IMG/VR virus record: IMGVR_UViG_3300021387_001585
Location: 45,176-109,175 of that record
Length of the DNA stretch: 64,000 nt
Reading direction: 5' to 3' (one strand)
Origin: a virus
Taxonomy: Duplodnaviria; Caudoviricetes
Below, in pieces: positions 18,060 to 28,332 of the stretch. Made by a program: the position numbers and the translations under genes. Positions within the stretch are counted from its first letter, which is position 1. Each line of letters opens with the position of its first letter. The notes under the pieces were generated by a model that was not told where the DNA came from, searched no databases, and worked only from the letters and a program-made list of their open reading frames with translations.

Positions 18060-18196
18060 ACAAGAAAATAAGTTGGGCAAGAAGTTATCACAAGTTGGGC
18101 AAGAAGTTGACACAAGTTGGGAAAGAAAGCAGCATAACTATCAGCATAACTACCAGCATAACTACCAGCATAGCTATCAGCATAACTATCAGCATA
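18060..18196. repeat. tandem repeats: AAGTTGGG(C/A)AAGAA x3 followed by 12-mer CAGCATA(A/G)CTA(T/C) x5+
   Basis: Read directly from the sequence. Confidence 0.85.
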
Positions 18197-18277
18197 GGAA
18201 ACGGCCCACGGCAGGTCGATGCTGTCGTGGGCCGTTAAGTCCCCTTCCCTTCAGGGGGGTGGGATAGTTAATGCGTG

Positions 18278-18751
18278 TTAAATATTCTTTCCTAAATCGC
18301 GCTTTTTGTCCGCAGCCCTCCCTACGGGGGATGGTTTGGGTGGGGCTTCGCGCCAGAATCCTTTCTGGTTCTTCTGATACTTCAGTTCCTTGCGCTTGCG
18401 GATGATGGGGTCGTCGGGGTGTCGCTCGAAGCTGCGGCGCGAGGGGTCGAAGATGCCGGCTTCCACTTCGCGTCGGAGGTTGCGCGTGGGTGCAAACTTC
18501 AGACGCTTGGTGGGGGCCACGGTGCGGATCTCGTCGCGTCCGCCGTAGGTGTAGTGGTACTGGCGTTCGGGGATGTCGACGACGGCGAAGGTTCCGAAGC
18601 TCTCGATGGGCACGCAGAGGCAGCCCTCGGTGAGCTGGTGCCGGATCTCGTCGAACACGGCGGGCAGCACCTGTTCTACGGTGGCGCGGCAGATGCCGCT
18701 GCGCTTCACGACTGCGCTGATGAAATGGGATTTGTATTCGTGGGGACGCAT
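18278..18751 (-). CDS. HU/IHF-family DNA-binding protein
   Basis: ISAVVKRSGICRATVEQVL...IESFGTFAV...PERQ...APTKRLKFAPTRNLRREV follows the HU fold pattern. Confidence 0.75.
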   Translation of the reverse strand: MRPHEYKSHFISAVVKRSGICRATVEQVLPAVFDEIRHQLTEGCLCVPIESFGTFAVVDIPERQYHYTYGGRDEIRTVAPTKRLKFAPTRNLRREVEAGIFDPSRRSFERHPDDPIIRKRKELKYQKNQKGFWREAPPKPSPVGRAADKKRDLGKNI

Positions 18752-18785
18752 AAACTACTTAGTTTCAAGTTTCAAGTTTCAAGTT

Positions 18786-19055
18786 TCAAGTTTCAAGTGA
18801 ATGAGAATTAGAATCAGCGAGGCGGTTAAGGCTGCTATCAATTCCACTTATGTAATTTTCTATCCCTATATCGCTGAGTATTGGATCGTTGTATCCGTCA
18901 ATCTTTGACGGGTCCGTAGTCTCCACTTCATCCAGCAAGTCCAATGCGTCTCTCACAACGTCGTGAGGATAGAACTCGTCCTTTTCACTGTTATGGTACT
19001 TGCCGCTACCAGCGAGTGCGAGCACGGCCTTGAAGAAAAATTCTCTATAAGTCAT
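18786..19055 (-). CDS. hypothetical protein
   Basis: Start reassigned to MTYREFFF. Confidence 0.55.
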   Translation of the reverse strand: MTYREFFFKAVLALAGSGKYHNSEKDEFYPHDVVRDALDLLDEVETTDPSKIDGYNDPILSDIGIENYISGIDSSLNRLADSNSHSLET

Positions 19056-19131
19056 AATTGTCTGTAGTTTAAAATGAATGAGTGGGGTGGGGTTTACTCC
19101 CTCCCTACTGGGGAGGGCCAGGGTGGGGCTT

Positions 19132-19410
19132 TTATATTCGCAGGGCGAAGTCGTTGGCCTGGAGGATGCAGCAGTCGCGCAGGCGGCGGGTCTGACCGGA
19201 GGCTGTGAACTGCACGAGGCGGGCACCCTGGTCGGGATAGACGGCGATGGTGACACACTCCTCTCCCCGGATGCAGTCGCCGTTGCTGGCGGCCACATAC
19301 CAGACGCGCCACGGGACGCGCTCGAGGACCTGAACGTATTTACCATTGACGGATTTACGATTTACTATTATACTCCGCTCGGCAACGCGCCGGAGTTCTG
19401 AGAGGGCGAG
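19132..19410 (-). CDS. hypothetical protein (start uncertain)
   Basis: The C-terminal part of the track ORF (..VPWRVWYVAASNGDCIRGEECVT..RRLRDCCILQAND) looks protein-like; no clear ATG. Confidence 0.4.
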   Translation of the reverse strand, partial: LALSELRRVAERSIIVNRKSVNGKYVQVLERVPWRVWYVAASNGDCIRGEECVTIAVYPDQGARLVQFTASGQTRRLRDCCILQANDFALRI

Positions 19411-19448
19411 AGTCTTCAAATTGAAAATTGATAATTGAAAATTAATAA

Positions 19449-19823
19449 TTAAGGGTCGGGGTGGGGCTCTTTCAGTGCCGCGTCGATGCGGTCGCGGATG
19501 GGTTTGGCGACAAGGAAGATGTCGAGGTTGAAGGCCATGCAGCTCTCCACCTGTGCGCCGTGTGACTGTCGCCAGTCGGGCATCTTGTAGATGCGCTGAC
19601 ATCGGCTGAGCAGCCAGAGGTCGTAGAGCAGCGTGAGGCGATATCCTACGAGGCGATAGAGCCACGGGAATCGGCAGGCCCATACGCGTGTTGGGTTAAC
19701 GATGCTGTGATATCCTTCTTCGCGCAGGATGCGCTCGCAGATGTCGAAGCGGCGTTTGTACTCCTGGCGGGTGAATCCGGTGATGGGACCTGAGATATAG
19801 ACGCGGTTGTGGGAAGTCTTCAT
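19449..19823 (-). CDS. DUF4406 family protein (nucleoside deoxyribosyltransferase-like fold)
   Basis: RVYISGPITG...VNP...DLWLLSRCQRIYKMPDWRQSHGAQVE. Confidence 0.75.
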   Translation of the reverse strand: MKTSHNRVYISGPITGFTRQEYKRRFDICERILREEGYHSIVNPTRVWACRFPWLYRLVGYRLTLLYDLWLLSRCQRIYKMPDWRQSHGAQVESCMAFNLDIFLVAKPIRDRIDAALKEPHPDP

Positions 19824-19918
19824 GTTAAAAAAATGGAGCCCCCTCCTACCCTCCCCGCAAGGGGGAGGAACACTAACAGGGCTGACGGGTGTTTCATAAC
19901 AATTACGATTACTATTAC

Positions 19919-20617
19919 CTATGGGAGCCTCCAGAAGCGTCGGCGGCGGAAGATCCAGATGGAGGCCGAGGTAGCGAGGGCGGCAATCACGATGTTGGCG
20001 AACCAGAGGCGTGCCTTCTGCCAGATATTGAGCTTTGCCGGTACGCTTTTTTCTATGATTGTCTTCTTCGACTGCATGAGTGAGTCGAAATGGCTGAACT
20101 GCTGTTGCATAATGTTGAGCGTTGAGTCCATGACTTCGAGTCGGTGAATGAGCACCTCGCGCTCGCGGCGGTCGTTCTGGCTGTTGCTCTCGCGCTCGGT
20201 ACGGATGACGAGTGTTTCCTTGATGACACGTCCGGCGGTATCGACGACAAAGGTGTGACTGGTGTCGTTGTGCTCGCGGATGCTCTGGAACTGGCTCATG
20301 ATGAGTTCGTGCCAGGAGCTGTCCTGACGGATGACCTGACGTGTGTTGATGACGGAGTCCATGCGCTGCATGAGGTCGTGGATGCTGTGCTGATCTACGG
20401 ATGTCACTTCCCGGTGTGTGGTGCAGCTGCCGAAGAGCAGACAAATCACAATGCCAATGGCGAAGGCAATGAGGGTGGTGACACATCCGTAGCATACGTT
20501 ACGGATTCCCACCTCGAACAACTCTTCGGGTGAGAGTTTCTGCATTTCGTGCGACTGCCATTGTTGGTCAGTCTGCTGCATCTGCTGATTCAGGGGGTCC
20601 AGAGCATTGTAATACAT
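19919..20617 (-). CDS. lipoprotein with C-terminal TM, possible unimolecular spanin
   Basis: Hydrophobic stretch ending LLFGS-C (lipobox), a coiled region, and a C-terminal TM followed by RRRR. Confidence 0.5.
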   Translation of the reverse strand: MYYNALDPLNQQMQQTDQQWQSHEMQKLSPEELFEVGIRNVCYGCVTTLIAFAIGIVICLLFGSCTTHREVTSVDQHSIHDLMQRMDSVINTRQVIRQDSSWHELIMSQFQSIREHNDTSHTFVVDTAGRVIKETLVIRTERESNSQNDRREREVLIHRLEVMDSTLNIMQQQFSHFDSLMQSKKTIIEKSVPAKLNIWQKARLWFANIVIAALATSASIWIFRRRRFWRLP

Positions 20618-21641
20618 GTGCAGTATTGGTTGGTTTACTCTGATAATTTACAGTTCAACACCCGAAGAAGCAAGGGCAAGGCGCTTCGCGCAGTTCAAAG
20701 TTCAAGGCCCTGCGGGCGTTCAAGGTTCAAAGTTCAAGGCACAAAAAAACGCCACCGACCAAAATGCTACAACGGTACGGTGGCGTCGCCAATGGCGGAT
20801 TTTTCGATCTTTGATTATGAGTACAAAATTCGCCTCACGGCGTTTTTTTGTTTCGCGGCGCAGACACAGTTGGGTGGTTGGTGGTGAAGCATGCCCCCTA
20901 CGTTTTATGTCCGGCAGAACTGCGCCGCGATTGTGGTCCCCTTCCATGCTTACCTCTGTAGGCAGAGGGGAATTATCGAACTACACTTGTGGGTGCAAAG
21001 GTAGTAAATTTGTTTGTAAGTCGCAAGTTTTCAGGGAGTTATCTGCTTTTTAAAAAAGAGCGTGGCGCCAGAAAAAACCGTTTATCAGACGTGAATCTTT
21101 TTGAAAGTTTTTTGTAAGTGCTTGATTTTCAATTAGTTATCTTAAAAAATTGCGGTTATCTATAAATTTCTATTGTTAAAAAGCAGTTTAAAAAAAAGAA
21201 AGAATAACTATATAAATATATATAATTAACTGATAATCAACCATTTATCTTATTTGTCATTCTTTATTTTATGTATTGTGGGTATAAGGGAGTGACGCGC
21301 ACGTATGGTGAGATTTGCTTTGAGAGAAGTTTTCAGAAGAATGTGTTTTCAAAAAGTTTGTAGCCGAAAAGGCGGTTTTCAGATAATTGGGTACTAAAAC
21401 CGCTTGTAACCTTTTGAGCATCAGCGCGTTACGTCTTAACCTGCGTTCGGATAATTATTTTTGTTGTAAAACGGCATAACTCATTGATAGTCAGCGTTAA
21501 CCGTCAGTTATCCCCCACCTATCCGAAAGAGGCTTTTTGCGCTGAAAACGGTTAATTTTAGCTGTGCGAAAGAAAAGTTATTTTTCGTTTGGAGAAGTCG
21601 CGGAAAATGACTATCTTTGTCGGGCGAAAGGTTTGTTAGTT

Positions 21642-22319
21642 ATGTCTGAGAGATACTACAAGTTGCCGGCTATCGTTTGGCTGAAGATGACCGATTACAC
21701 GCACGGTTGGCTTCAACACGAATTAGGGGGTGGTGCAAGAATCAAGGAGCAGCGGGTGGTGTGTGTGCAGCACCTTCCCGGTGCGCGGGAAATCCTGCGC
21801 ATGGAAACCGTTGAAGACATGATGGAACGCAGGCCGCTAGGCAATGCGCTGTCGGCCACGCGAAAGAACTGCATGGAGGCTGGGCTGGAGATAGACCCGT
21901 CAACCATGGAGAAGGAGTATGGTGTGACGCGCGAGCAGTTGGCGCTGTTTGTGCCAGTGGAGTGTCCGAAGATGTGCCTGACGAGGCGCGGCGTGCTGCG
22001 TCCCTGGACGCTCGATGTTTGTTTTGGGAAGGCACAGGCTACATCATTACAGCGACTTCTCAGGAACGAATTTTGGAAAGCCGTTGAGGAGTTTGACAGG
22101 GAGTATGCCCAGATGATGAACGGGGAAAAGTATCCTGCCATAGACATGATTGAGGAGTTCTGCTTGAAGACAGAAACACCTGACCTGTACGTGGAAGCCA
22201 TACGCAGGGAGTGGCAGCGGCGGGTGAAGAGAGGAGCCCCACCCCAGCCCTCCCCAAAGGGGGAGGAAGTAAGCCCCACCCCGACCCTCCCCAGTAGGGA
22301 GGGAGGCCAGCCTCGGTGA
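21642..22319 (+). CDS. hypothetical protein
   Basis: Start MSERYYK follows a TTTG-N20-TATCTTTG promoter (~21588-21619); C-terminus derived from REP-like repeats. Confidence 0.7.
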   Translation: MSERYYKLPAIVWLKMTDYTHGWLQHELGGGARIKEQRVVCVQHLPGAREILRMETVEDMMERRPLGNALSATRKNCMEAGLEIDPSTMEKEYGVTREQLALFVPVECPKMCLTRRGVLRPWTLDVCFGKAQATSLQRLLRNEFWKAVEEFDREYAQMMNGEKYPAIDMIEEFCLKTETPDLYVEAIRREWQRRVKRGAPPQPSPKGEEVSPTPTLPSREGGQPR

Positions 22320-22370
22320 CATCTCCGCTCGGCTCTGCTGCTTTCGTAGCAAAGCGGAGAAAGAACTTAA

Positions 22371-23237
22371 CTACGCTCGCAGGCTTGGTCCGGAGTAGAT
22401 GGCGGTGGTTGTCATGGCACGGAGGCGGTCGAGGACTTCGGCGCCGTAGCGTTCCTGGATGGAGAGGGGGTAGAGATGTCGGTCGGCCGCAGGAACGGGC
22501 GACGTGCTCAGGTTCGTGTTGATGATGAGTAGCGGTCCACCTTTTACCGATGCCTCGCAAAGTTCGAAGAACGTGTTGTCGACGTCGCCAAAGTGTTTGC
22601 GCGGTTCCTTGCCAAGGTCGTCGATGACGACGCAACAGGCACGTCGCAGCTCGTCGATGCGTGAGCGCATGTCCTGTGCGCTGACCACGGGTATTTTGTC
22701 TCGGTTCTTTCCTCCGATGATAGCTGGCAGCACCTCCGTGCAGATGATAGACTTTCCGATGCCGGGCGTGCCGACGAAGAGCAGTCCCCTACCCTCGTTG
22801 CCTGAGAGCCATGATGCAATTTTATCGTAGGGCGGCAGCCACTGGTAGGAGTTGCCGACGACGCGGCGCAGCTCTTCCTCCATGAGTCTGCGAGCATCGG
22901 GGATGTTCAGCTGCAGGCGCGTTGGTGACACGCTGCTGGTAAGGAATCCTTCTGGTTGACTCGTGGCGGATTTAGCGACGCGATAGCCGAGTCTTGTATT
23001 TGGCCCGAAGACGGTCCGCACGGCCCATGACAATTGCCGGATTAAATAATGTTCCATGAACTCATAGATGTAGGAACTAGGCACCTGCAGTATCAGCATG
23101 TTCTTGCCTTCTTCGTAGTTATAGACAGTGACTGGCGCAAGCCATGTGTTGTAGACCCAGTCGGCATCCTGACTCTTGATATTCTCCCTGATGAGCTGGC
23201 GACAGTGCTCCCAGCGTTGAAACAGATTGTTTTCCAT
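22371..23237 (-). CDS. DnaA N-terminal domain fused to a DnaC/IstB-like AAA+ ATPase (helicase loader)
   Basis: WEHCRQLIRE...YNTWLAP...LQVPSSYIYEF (DnaA_N); GTPGIGKS Walker A; VIDDLG Walker B; TNL; DRL. Confidence 0.8.
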   Translation of the reverse strand: MENNLFQRWEHCRQLIRENIKSQDADWVYNTWLAPVTVYNYEEGKNMLILQVPSSYIYEFMEHYLIRQLSWAVRTVFGPNTRLGYRVAKSATSQPEGFLTSSVSPTRLQLNIPDARRLMEEELRRVVGNSYQWLPPYDKIASWLSGNEGRGLLFVGTPGIGKSIICTEVLPAIIGGKNRDKIPVVSAQDMRSRIDELRRACCVVIDDLGKEPRKHFGDVDNTFFELCEASVKGGPLLIINTNLSTSPVPAADRHLYPLSIQERYGAEVLDRLRAMTTTAIYSGPSLRA

Positions 23238-23248
23238 TCCAATAATGA

Positions 23249-24718
23249 TTAAAATTCTTCCATAATGGGGTTAGAGGTGACGGCGGGCTGCTGGGCTGCG
23301 GCAGCCGACGGGTCGGGCGAGGCGATTTCCTCGGCGGGTGTGAACCCACGGAGTCCCGGTAGTTCCTTGTCAAAAAACGCGTTCAGACAGCGGCATGCCC
23401 AATGCTGCACATCATTGCGAGGCTGGCGCATATTGATATCAATAAGATGGTTGAGCTTATCAAGCAGCAAATCATGGTCGCCTGGCTGCAACTGGCGAAT
23501 GTAACCGTTGATTTGTTCAGCCTTCAACGCCAATCGGTCTTTCATCAGACGGCGGGCCTCAATTTCCTTGGCAGATGCTTCTTTATTCTCATAGAGCTCG
23601 CGGCCCAGGTCAAAGATGGTCAGTGTAAACTCCACCTGCATAGGCACCTTTCCTTTTGCCCTGCCATCAGCAAAGATGGCGCGGTAGTCGAAGGTAAAGT
23701 CGGCTATCTCTCGGGCGGAGAGGTCGTCGAGTTCTTTCTTGGCCTGAGCAAGGTAGCGTTTGGCAAACTCAGAATAGTAGGAATACTTCTCACTGCACTT
23801 CCGGCGAGCAGCATCCATGTACGGCTCTTTCGCAGAAGGCTTCAGCCGTTCCCATGCTTCGCCGTCGGCCTTTGCCAACTTAACAGCCATTGCTTCCACG
23901 TCCTCTCCGTTGACAATCTTGCCATCCTGGGAATTGAATAGCCCGCACACGCTACGTACTTCCATATAGTCGGCAGAGAAGATGATGCGTCCTACAGTAC
24001 GTTCTATGCCGTCAGGCTGCCGCTCGATAACTTCCTGCATCTGTTCTTTCCTGATGCCTCGCCATTTAGAAAGCCACTTATAGAGACGGTTGGCCGTGGC
24101 GGTCTTGGTGTGTCGGGTGGTAGGAAAGTAAAACTGAGTGTAACCAGAATCGGTCAGCAGAAAGTTATGCTGTAAGATTTCGCTGCGAATGCGTATCTTC
24201 ACCTCGTTGCGCTTCAGGTTGTTAGACTTTACCACGTACTTCTGCCCGGTCTTTGGGTCAACAGTCTCATGGGTGTCGTACTCCTGAATAACATCAATCA
24301 GGTTTGTAGTGAGCACCCCGTCCTCGGAATGGACTTCAGCCTTTATGTCCTGCAGTCCCTTGATGACTTCTCGAAGCTCCGCATAATGACGCGGTGTGAT
24401 TCCCGGCAGGTCACGAAAGCGAATGGTAGCGATGAAGTCCCCCTCCCGCTCAAAGTCGCTGACGCGGTCAGACGTGACAAGGTAGGCGTCGTCGTTGTTG
24501 AAGTTGAGCATGAGTTGCGTGCCAGCCTGCCTATTCTCTTTCCGTTTGGCGGCAGCATAGAACGGCTGCAACGCCCACACCAGTTCATCCATGGCCCGCT
24601 CAGAATAAAGCGTAGGAGCCATGTGCAGATCGGTAATCTGGTTTGGCTGAGTCGAAAGGCTTTTCCCGTCTTTGTCGAAAACAATATCAGGAGCCTTGCT
24701 TTTTGGTTTTCTTCCCAT
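23249..24718 (-). CDS. Rep_3-type plasmid replication initiator
   Basis: QPNQIT, GYTQF...ANRLYKWLSKW, YSEFAKRYLAQAKKEL...DFTFDY are typical of Bacteroidales Rep_3/RepA; adjacent to iterons. Confidence 0.75.
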   Translation of the reverse strand: MGRKPKSKAPDIVFDKDGKSLSTQPNQITDLHMAPTLYSERAMDELVWALQPFYAAAKRKENRQAGTQLMLNFNNDDAYLVTSDRVSDFEREGDFIATIRFRDLPGITPRHYAELREVIKGLQDIKAEVHSEDGVLTTNLIDVIQEYDTHETVDPKTGQKYVVKSNNLKRNEVKIRIRSEILQHNFLLTDSGYTQFYFPTTRHTKTATANRLYKWLSKWRGIRKEQMQEVIERQPDGIERTVGRIIFSADYMEVRSVCGLFNSQDGKIVNGEDVEAMAVKLAKADGEAWERLKPSAKEPYMDAARRKCSEKYSYYSEFAKRYLAQAKKELDDLSAREIADFTFDYRAIFADGRAKGKVPMQVEFTLTIFDLGRELYENKEASAKEIEARRLMKDRLALKAEQINGYIRQLQPGDHDLLLDKLNHLIDINMRQPRNDVQHWACRCLNAFFDKELPGLRGFTPAEEIASPDPSAAAAQQPAVTSNPIMEEF

Positions 24719-24840
24719 AAATAATTGTTTTTATTTGTTGTAGCATCGGCAAAGGTAAATATTTATTTTCACATATCCAAATATTTTATTGATTATTTTT
24801 ATTTTGATTATCAATTATTTACAAAACACAACTTACATAT

Positions 24841-25517
24841 TTGTCGAAACAAACACCCAAATTTGTCGAAACTAACATGCGGTTTTGTCGAACCAAAAGT
24901 ATACAGATTTGTCGAAAAGCGCTGATATATAAGAACTTGCAGATTTGTCGAAACCGCTATTCTCCGTACTTTTATAAAACACCCAGATTTGTCGAAGATA
25001 TCCCATGTTTGTCGAAAATACTCTAAAAGCATACCCGCTACTGTCGAAAAACGCTCCCGTGTCTGTCGAAGCAAATCCCTTAATTGTCGAAAAACGCTCC
25101 CACATTTGTCGAAGATTTCCCCGCATTTGTCGAAACCAATATTATTAAATCATTGGCTTTTAACCAGTTACGAAGTCAAAAATGTTCCTATATACTTTCT
25201 CTTATAATCTTTTCTCGGTATTCTTTTTCTTTTTATTCTTTTGTTAGTAGGCAATATATAAGAACCAGAATAGCTTTTATTTTTTTAAGAACGAAAAGAA
25301 AAGAGGGGGAGGGATTTTGCGAAGATGAGAAGTGCTTAATTTTCAATAAGTTATATCAAGATAGGACTTACTGTGCAAACAAGACATTATTCGTTTTCGA
25401 CAAATCGGGGTGTTTTAAAATACGATTTACATTTTCGACAAATCGGGGTGTTCTGCTGCACGTAAGTGTATTGTGTGCGCGTTATCGCATCAGCATTTTT
25501 ATTTTCGACAAATCGGT
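24841..25517. repeat. iteron array / replication origin
   Basis: 12 direct TGTCGAA-core repeats (24841-25135, mostly ~21-22 bp apart), an AT-rich tract, then 3 inverted TTTTCGACAAATCGG copies (25393, 25432, 25502). Confidence 0.85.
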
Positions 25518-25656
25518 ATTTTTTTCGCTTGCCCCCTCCCCTACCCCTCCCCCATGGCGGCGGGCAAAAAGGAAACCGCCAGGCAGCGGATGAGAGTTGC
25601 TGTCCTGGCGGCTGGCGTAAGAAGGTAAGAGCGTGTTTGTATGAAGCGGCGTGGTA

Positions 25657-26700
25657 TTAATCGGAGAAAAACTTTTGTCCGTTGCCGTAGAGAAAATCGA
25701 GTAGATCGTCGTCGCCTACGATTCGTGGGATGTGATGTCCGCGTTGTTCTTGGTTTTCGATTTCGATGAGTTTTCTGGGGCCGACGTTACGAGTGCCGGC
25801 GATGATGGCAGCCGTCTTGCCGCTGATGGAGCTGGTGGGATGGATGCCCATCATCTCCAATGCCAGTTTGATTTCCCGGCGCTCGCAGTTGAACATCCCC
25901 GTGAGTGTGACGCTTTTCCCGCGTACTGGGTATTCGTGGTTGACGGCCACGCGGTCGAAGTCGATTTCGACGGTTACGCACTCTTTCGACCGGTCGCCCT
26001 TATCGTAAACGTCGACAACCTGTTCGATTCCGCTGCCATCGGTCGACGACAAGACCGCGAACACATTCTCCTCGCCAGACGGGTGTTCAGCGAAATAATC
26101 CGTGAAGGCACCCAGTCGGAGAACGCGCTTTTCCTGCTGTTGCTTGCGCATCATCTCGTTAGACACCGGCACCCCCGACCAGTCAGGCTGCTGTCCTTTG
26201 GCAGCGGCAATGACGAGTTTTGCGCACATCACTGCGTCGGCTTCAGCATCGTGATGGTTCTTGCAGGGAATGCCTATTGCCATGCAGCATTGCGCGAGTC
26301 CGTTGCCTCCATTAGGCGGGCAGTCTGGCCGTTGATATAAATCGCGGCTGTCATTGATTGACATCCAACTATGGTCGTAGTTACAGTTGTCGAGGTTCTT
26401 TTCTATGACGGGCTGCTCCACGCTCACTGCGTTGTGTGCCCACAACTGATAATGAAGCAGCATGGGTTGAATTTCCTGCCACACCACATCGAAGGGGGCG
26501 GCGTTAGCTGTCATTTCTGGTGTGATTTGATGAATGTTTATTAATCGTTCATCGTAGTAGTTGCTTGGCGGCTGAATGAGCCATGAGCGGCTGAGTATGA
26601 TTTCAAGGTTCTGTACGATGGCGATGCCGAACTGGCAGATGTTTTGCTCGCTATCGGCATACTCTACGTCGATGGCGACGAAGTTTTTCTCTGGCTTCAT
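25657..26700 (-). CDS. DEDDh 3'-5' exonuclease (Pol III epsilon-like) with C-terminal BRCT domain
   Basis: AIDVE, AHNA, HHDAEADA; GKSVTLTG...SSISGKTAAIIAG...GPRK (BRCT). Confidence 0.85.
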   Translation of the reverse strand: MKPEKNFVAIDVEYADSEQNICQFGIAIVQNLEIILSRSWLIQPPSNYYDERLINIHQITPEMTANAAPFDVVWQEIQPMLLHYQLWAHNAVSVEQPVIEKNLDNCNYDHSWMSINDSRDLYQRPDCPPNGGNGLAQCCMAIGIPCKNHHDAEADAVMCAKLVIAAAKGQQPDWSGVPVSNEMMRKQQQEKRVLRLGAFTDYFAEHPSGEENVFAVLSSTDGSGIEQVVDVYDKGDRSKECVTVEIDFDRVAVNHEYPVRGKSVTLTGMFNCERREIKLALEMMGIHPTSSISGKTAAIIAGTRNVGPRKLIEIENQEQRGHHIPRIVGDDDLLDFLYGNGQKFFSD

Positions 26701-26848
26701 GATAATATTCCTTTCTTTTTTAGTTTTATTATTGCATAACAACCCTATTGCATTATTGTTTTATTATTTTATTGCAATACGACAATACTAAGTTATTGCA
26801 GTATCGCGTTGTTGCAGTATGAGAGTATTGCGTTACGACTCTATTATT

Positions 26849-27214
26849 TTATTGTGATAGTGTTTTACGTCCCTTCCATCCGTACTCATTTGGGAGTTTA
26901 AGGGCTTCGTCACGTTGTTCGGGAGTGATGACGCCCTGCTGTTCCAGTCCGAGGAGTATGGTCTCGAAGAAGAACCGCTTTGCTGTCAGGTCGCGGTCTT
27001 CGGCGAACCGGGTGGCGAGTCGGTGGATGGATTTAGGGAGGAAGCACAGGGCGCCGACCGATTTCTCGGCGGCGAGTCCGGTGGGTTGTTCACTTGCAGG
27101 ACCGGTGTCCCCTACCCTACTTTCCAATGCTCTTCTGCGCTGCAGGATGTCGTCTGGCGACTCGTTCAGTATCTGCGGCGGTTTTTCTGTTTTTTTCTTG
27201 CTGATTGCTGACAT
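26849..27214 (-). CDS. small ParA partner (putative centromere-binding adaptor)
   Basis: 121-aa ORF downstream of parA with an RHH-like C-terminal segment. Confidence 0.5.
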   Translation of the reverse strand: MSAISKKKTEKPPQILNESPDDILQRRRALESRVGDTGPASEQPTGLAAEKSVGALCFLPKSIHRLATRFAEDRDLTAKRFFFETILLGLEQQGVITPEQRDEALKLPNEYGWKGRKTLSQ

Positions 27215-27219
27215 GATGT

Positions 27220-27500
27220 TATTGCTTTATTGGATTATTGTTTTATTGTATTATTAGATTATTGCAATACTGCGTTATTGAATTACTGCTTTATGGCGCG
27301 ACTGCGTATTCGTTTTGTTTTACGGTGTTTAGGATTTATTGCCATATTGCCTTATTGCGAGAAGGCCGTATTGTTTTATTTCAATATGGAAGTATTGCAA
27401 TCATTCCGTAATGTGATAGTGCGTTACTGCAATTAGGCGGTAGTTGGTTATTGCTTTATTGTGTTACCGCTTTACCGCCTTACTGCAATTATGTACTATT
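27220..27500. repeat. TATTG(C/T)-rich degenerate repeats, putative partition centromere
   Basis: Dense TATTG/TACTG repeats here, at 26728-26855 and at 28470-28540, flanking the par genes. Confidence 0.55.
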
Positions 27501-28332
27501 GCAGTAATGTCTTAGTGCGCTTAATGATTTCGTTGGCGAGCATTGTGAACTCTTCTCGTGGAACGTCGGCACGCGGTATGGAGTAGACGCTTGTGAACTC
27601 GCGTTGGCTTTTGTTGACAGCCTCTCGTTCAGAGATGGCGACGGGCAGGATGTCTTTGCCGTACCGGGCCTTCAGTTGTTCCTCGGCCTCGCGTTGTCCT
27701 TTGATGTAAGCCTTGCGGCGCGAAATGAGGAATCCGAGGTTTTGGAGTTCGTCGTTTTCGCTTTCACGGATTTCCTGGATGTAGGCGAGATAGTTCTGCA
27801 GGCCGTTGAGAGCGAATCCCTCGAGGTTAATGGGGATGAGCACTGCATTGACGGCAATGAGGATGTTGTCGATGAGCACCTGTGGTCCGACGGGCGAGTC
27901 AATCAGGATGAAGTCGAAGTCGGTTGCCCAATCGGTCAGCCCTTCGCCCGTATGGTCGTCAGGAGCTTTCTGTAGTGCGCGTGTCAGCTTCATGGCCGGA
28001 TTGCGCATGGTAGGCAGCTGCTGGTCCACCTTATTCATGATGCAGGTAGACGGGCAGTAGTAGAGTCCGGACTTTGAGCGATAGACGGGGATGGGTGCAT
28101 CTTCGCACAGCACATGATAGATAGTGGGGTAGTGTTGCAGCTCCATGTCTGGGTCCCAGTCCGTGCAACTTGACAGGTTGGCCTGTCGGTCCATGTCGAT
28201 GACCATCACACGATAGCCTTGCAAGTGTAAGGCCATGGCGAGGTTCAGGGTGGTCGTAGTCTTTCCTACGCCTCCCTTGTAGTTGCCGATGCCGATGACG
28301 GCACGCAACTGTGTCTTGCGTTTTTTAGCCAT
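27496..28332 (-). CDS. parA: ParA/Soj partition ATPase
   Basis: NYKGGVGKTTT, VIDMDRQANLS, DFILIDSP. Confidence 0.92.
   Translation of the reverse strand: MAKKRKTQLRAVIGIGNYKGGVGKTTTTLNLAMALHLQGYRVMVIDMDRQANLSSCTDWDPDMELQHYPTIYHVLCEDAPIPVYRSKSGLYYCPSTCIMNKVDQQLPTMRNPAMKLTRALQKAPDDHTGEGLTDWATDFDFILIDSPVGPQVLIDNILIAVNAVLIPINLEGFALNGLQNYLAYIQEIRESENDELQNLGFLISRRKAYIKGQREAEEQLKARYGKDILPVAISEREAVNKSQREFTSVYSIPRADVPREEFTMLANEIIKRTKTLLQ

Noticed and set aside
24725-25660. ORFs across the iteron region, and possible mini-CRISPR
   Set aside because: Repeat-derived frames; the 7-9-bp cores at ~21-bp spacing next to rep fit iterons.
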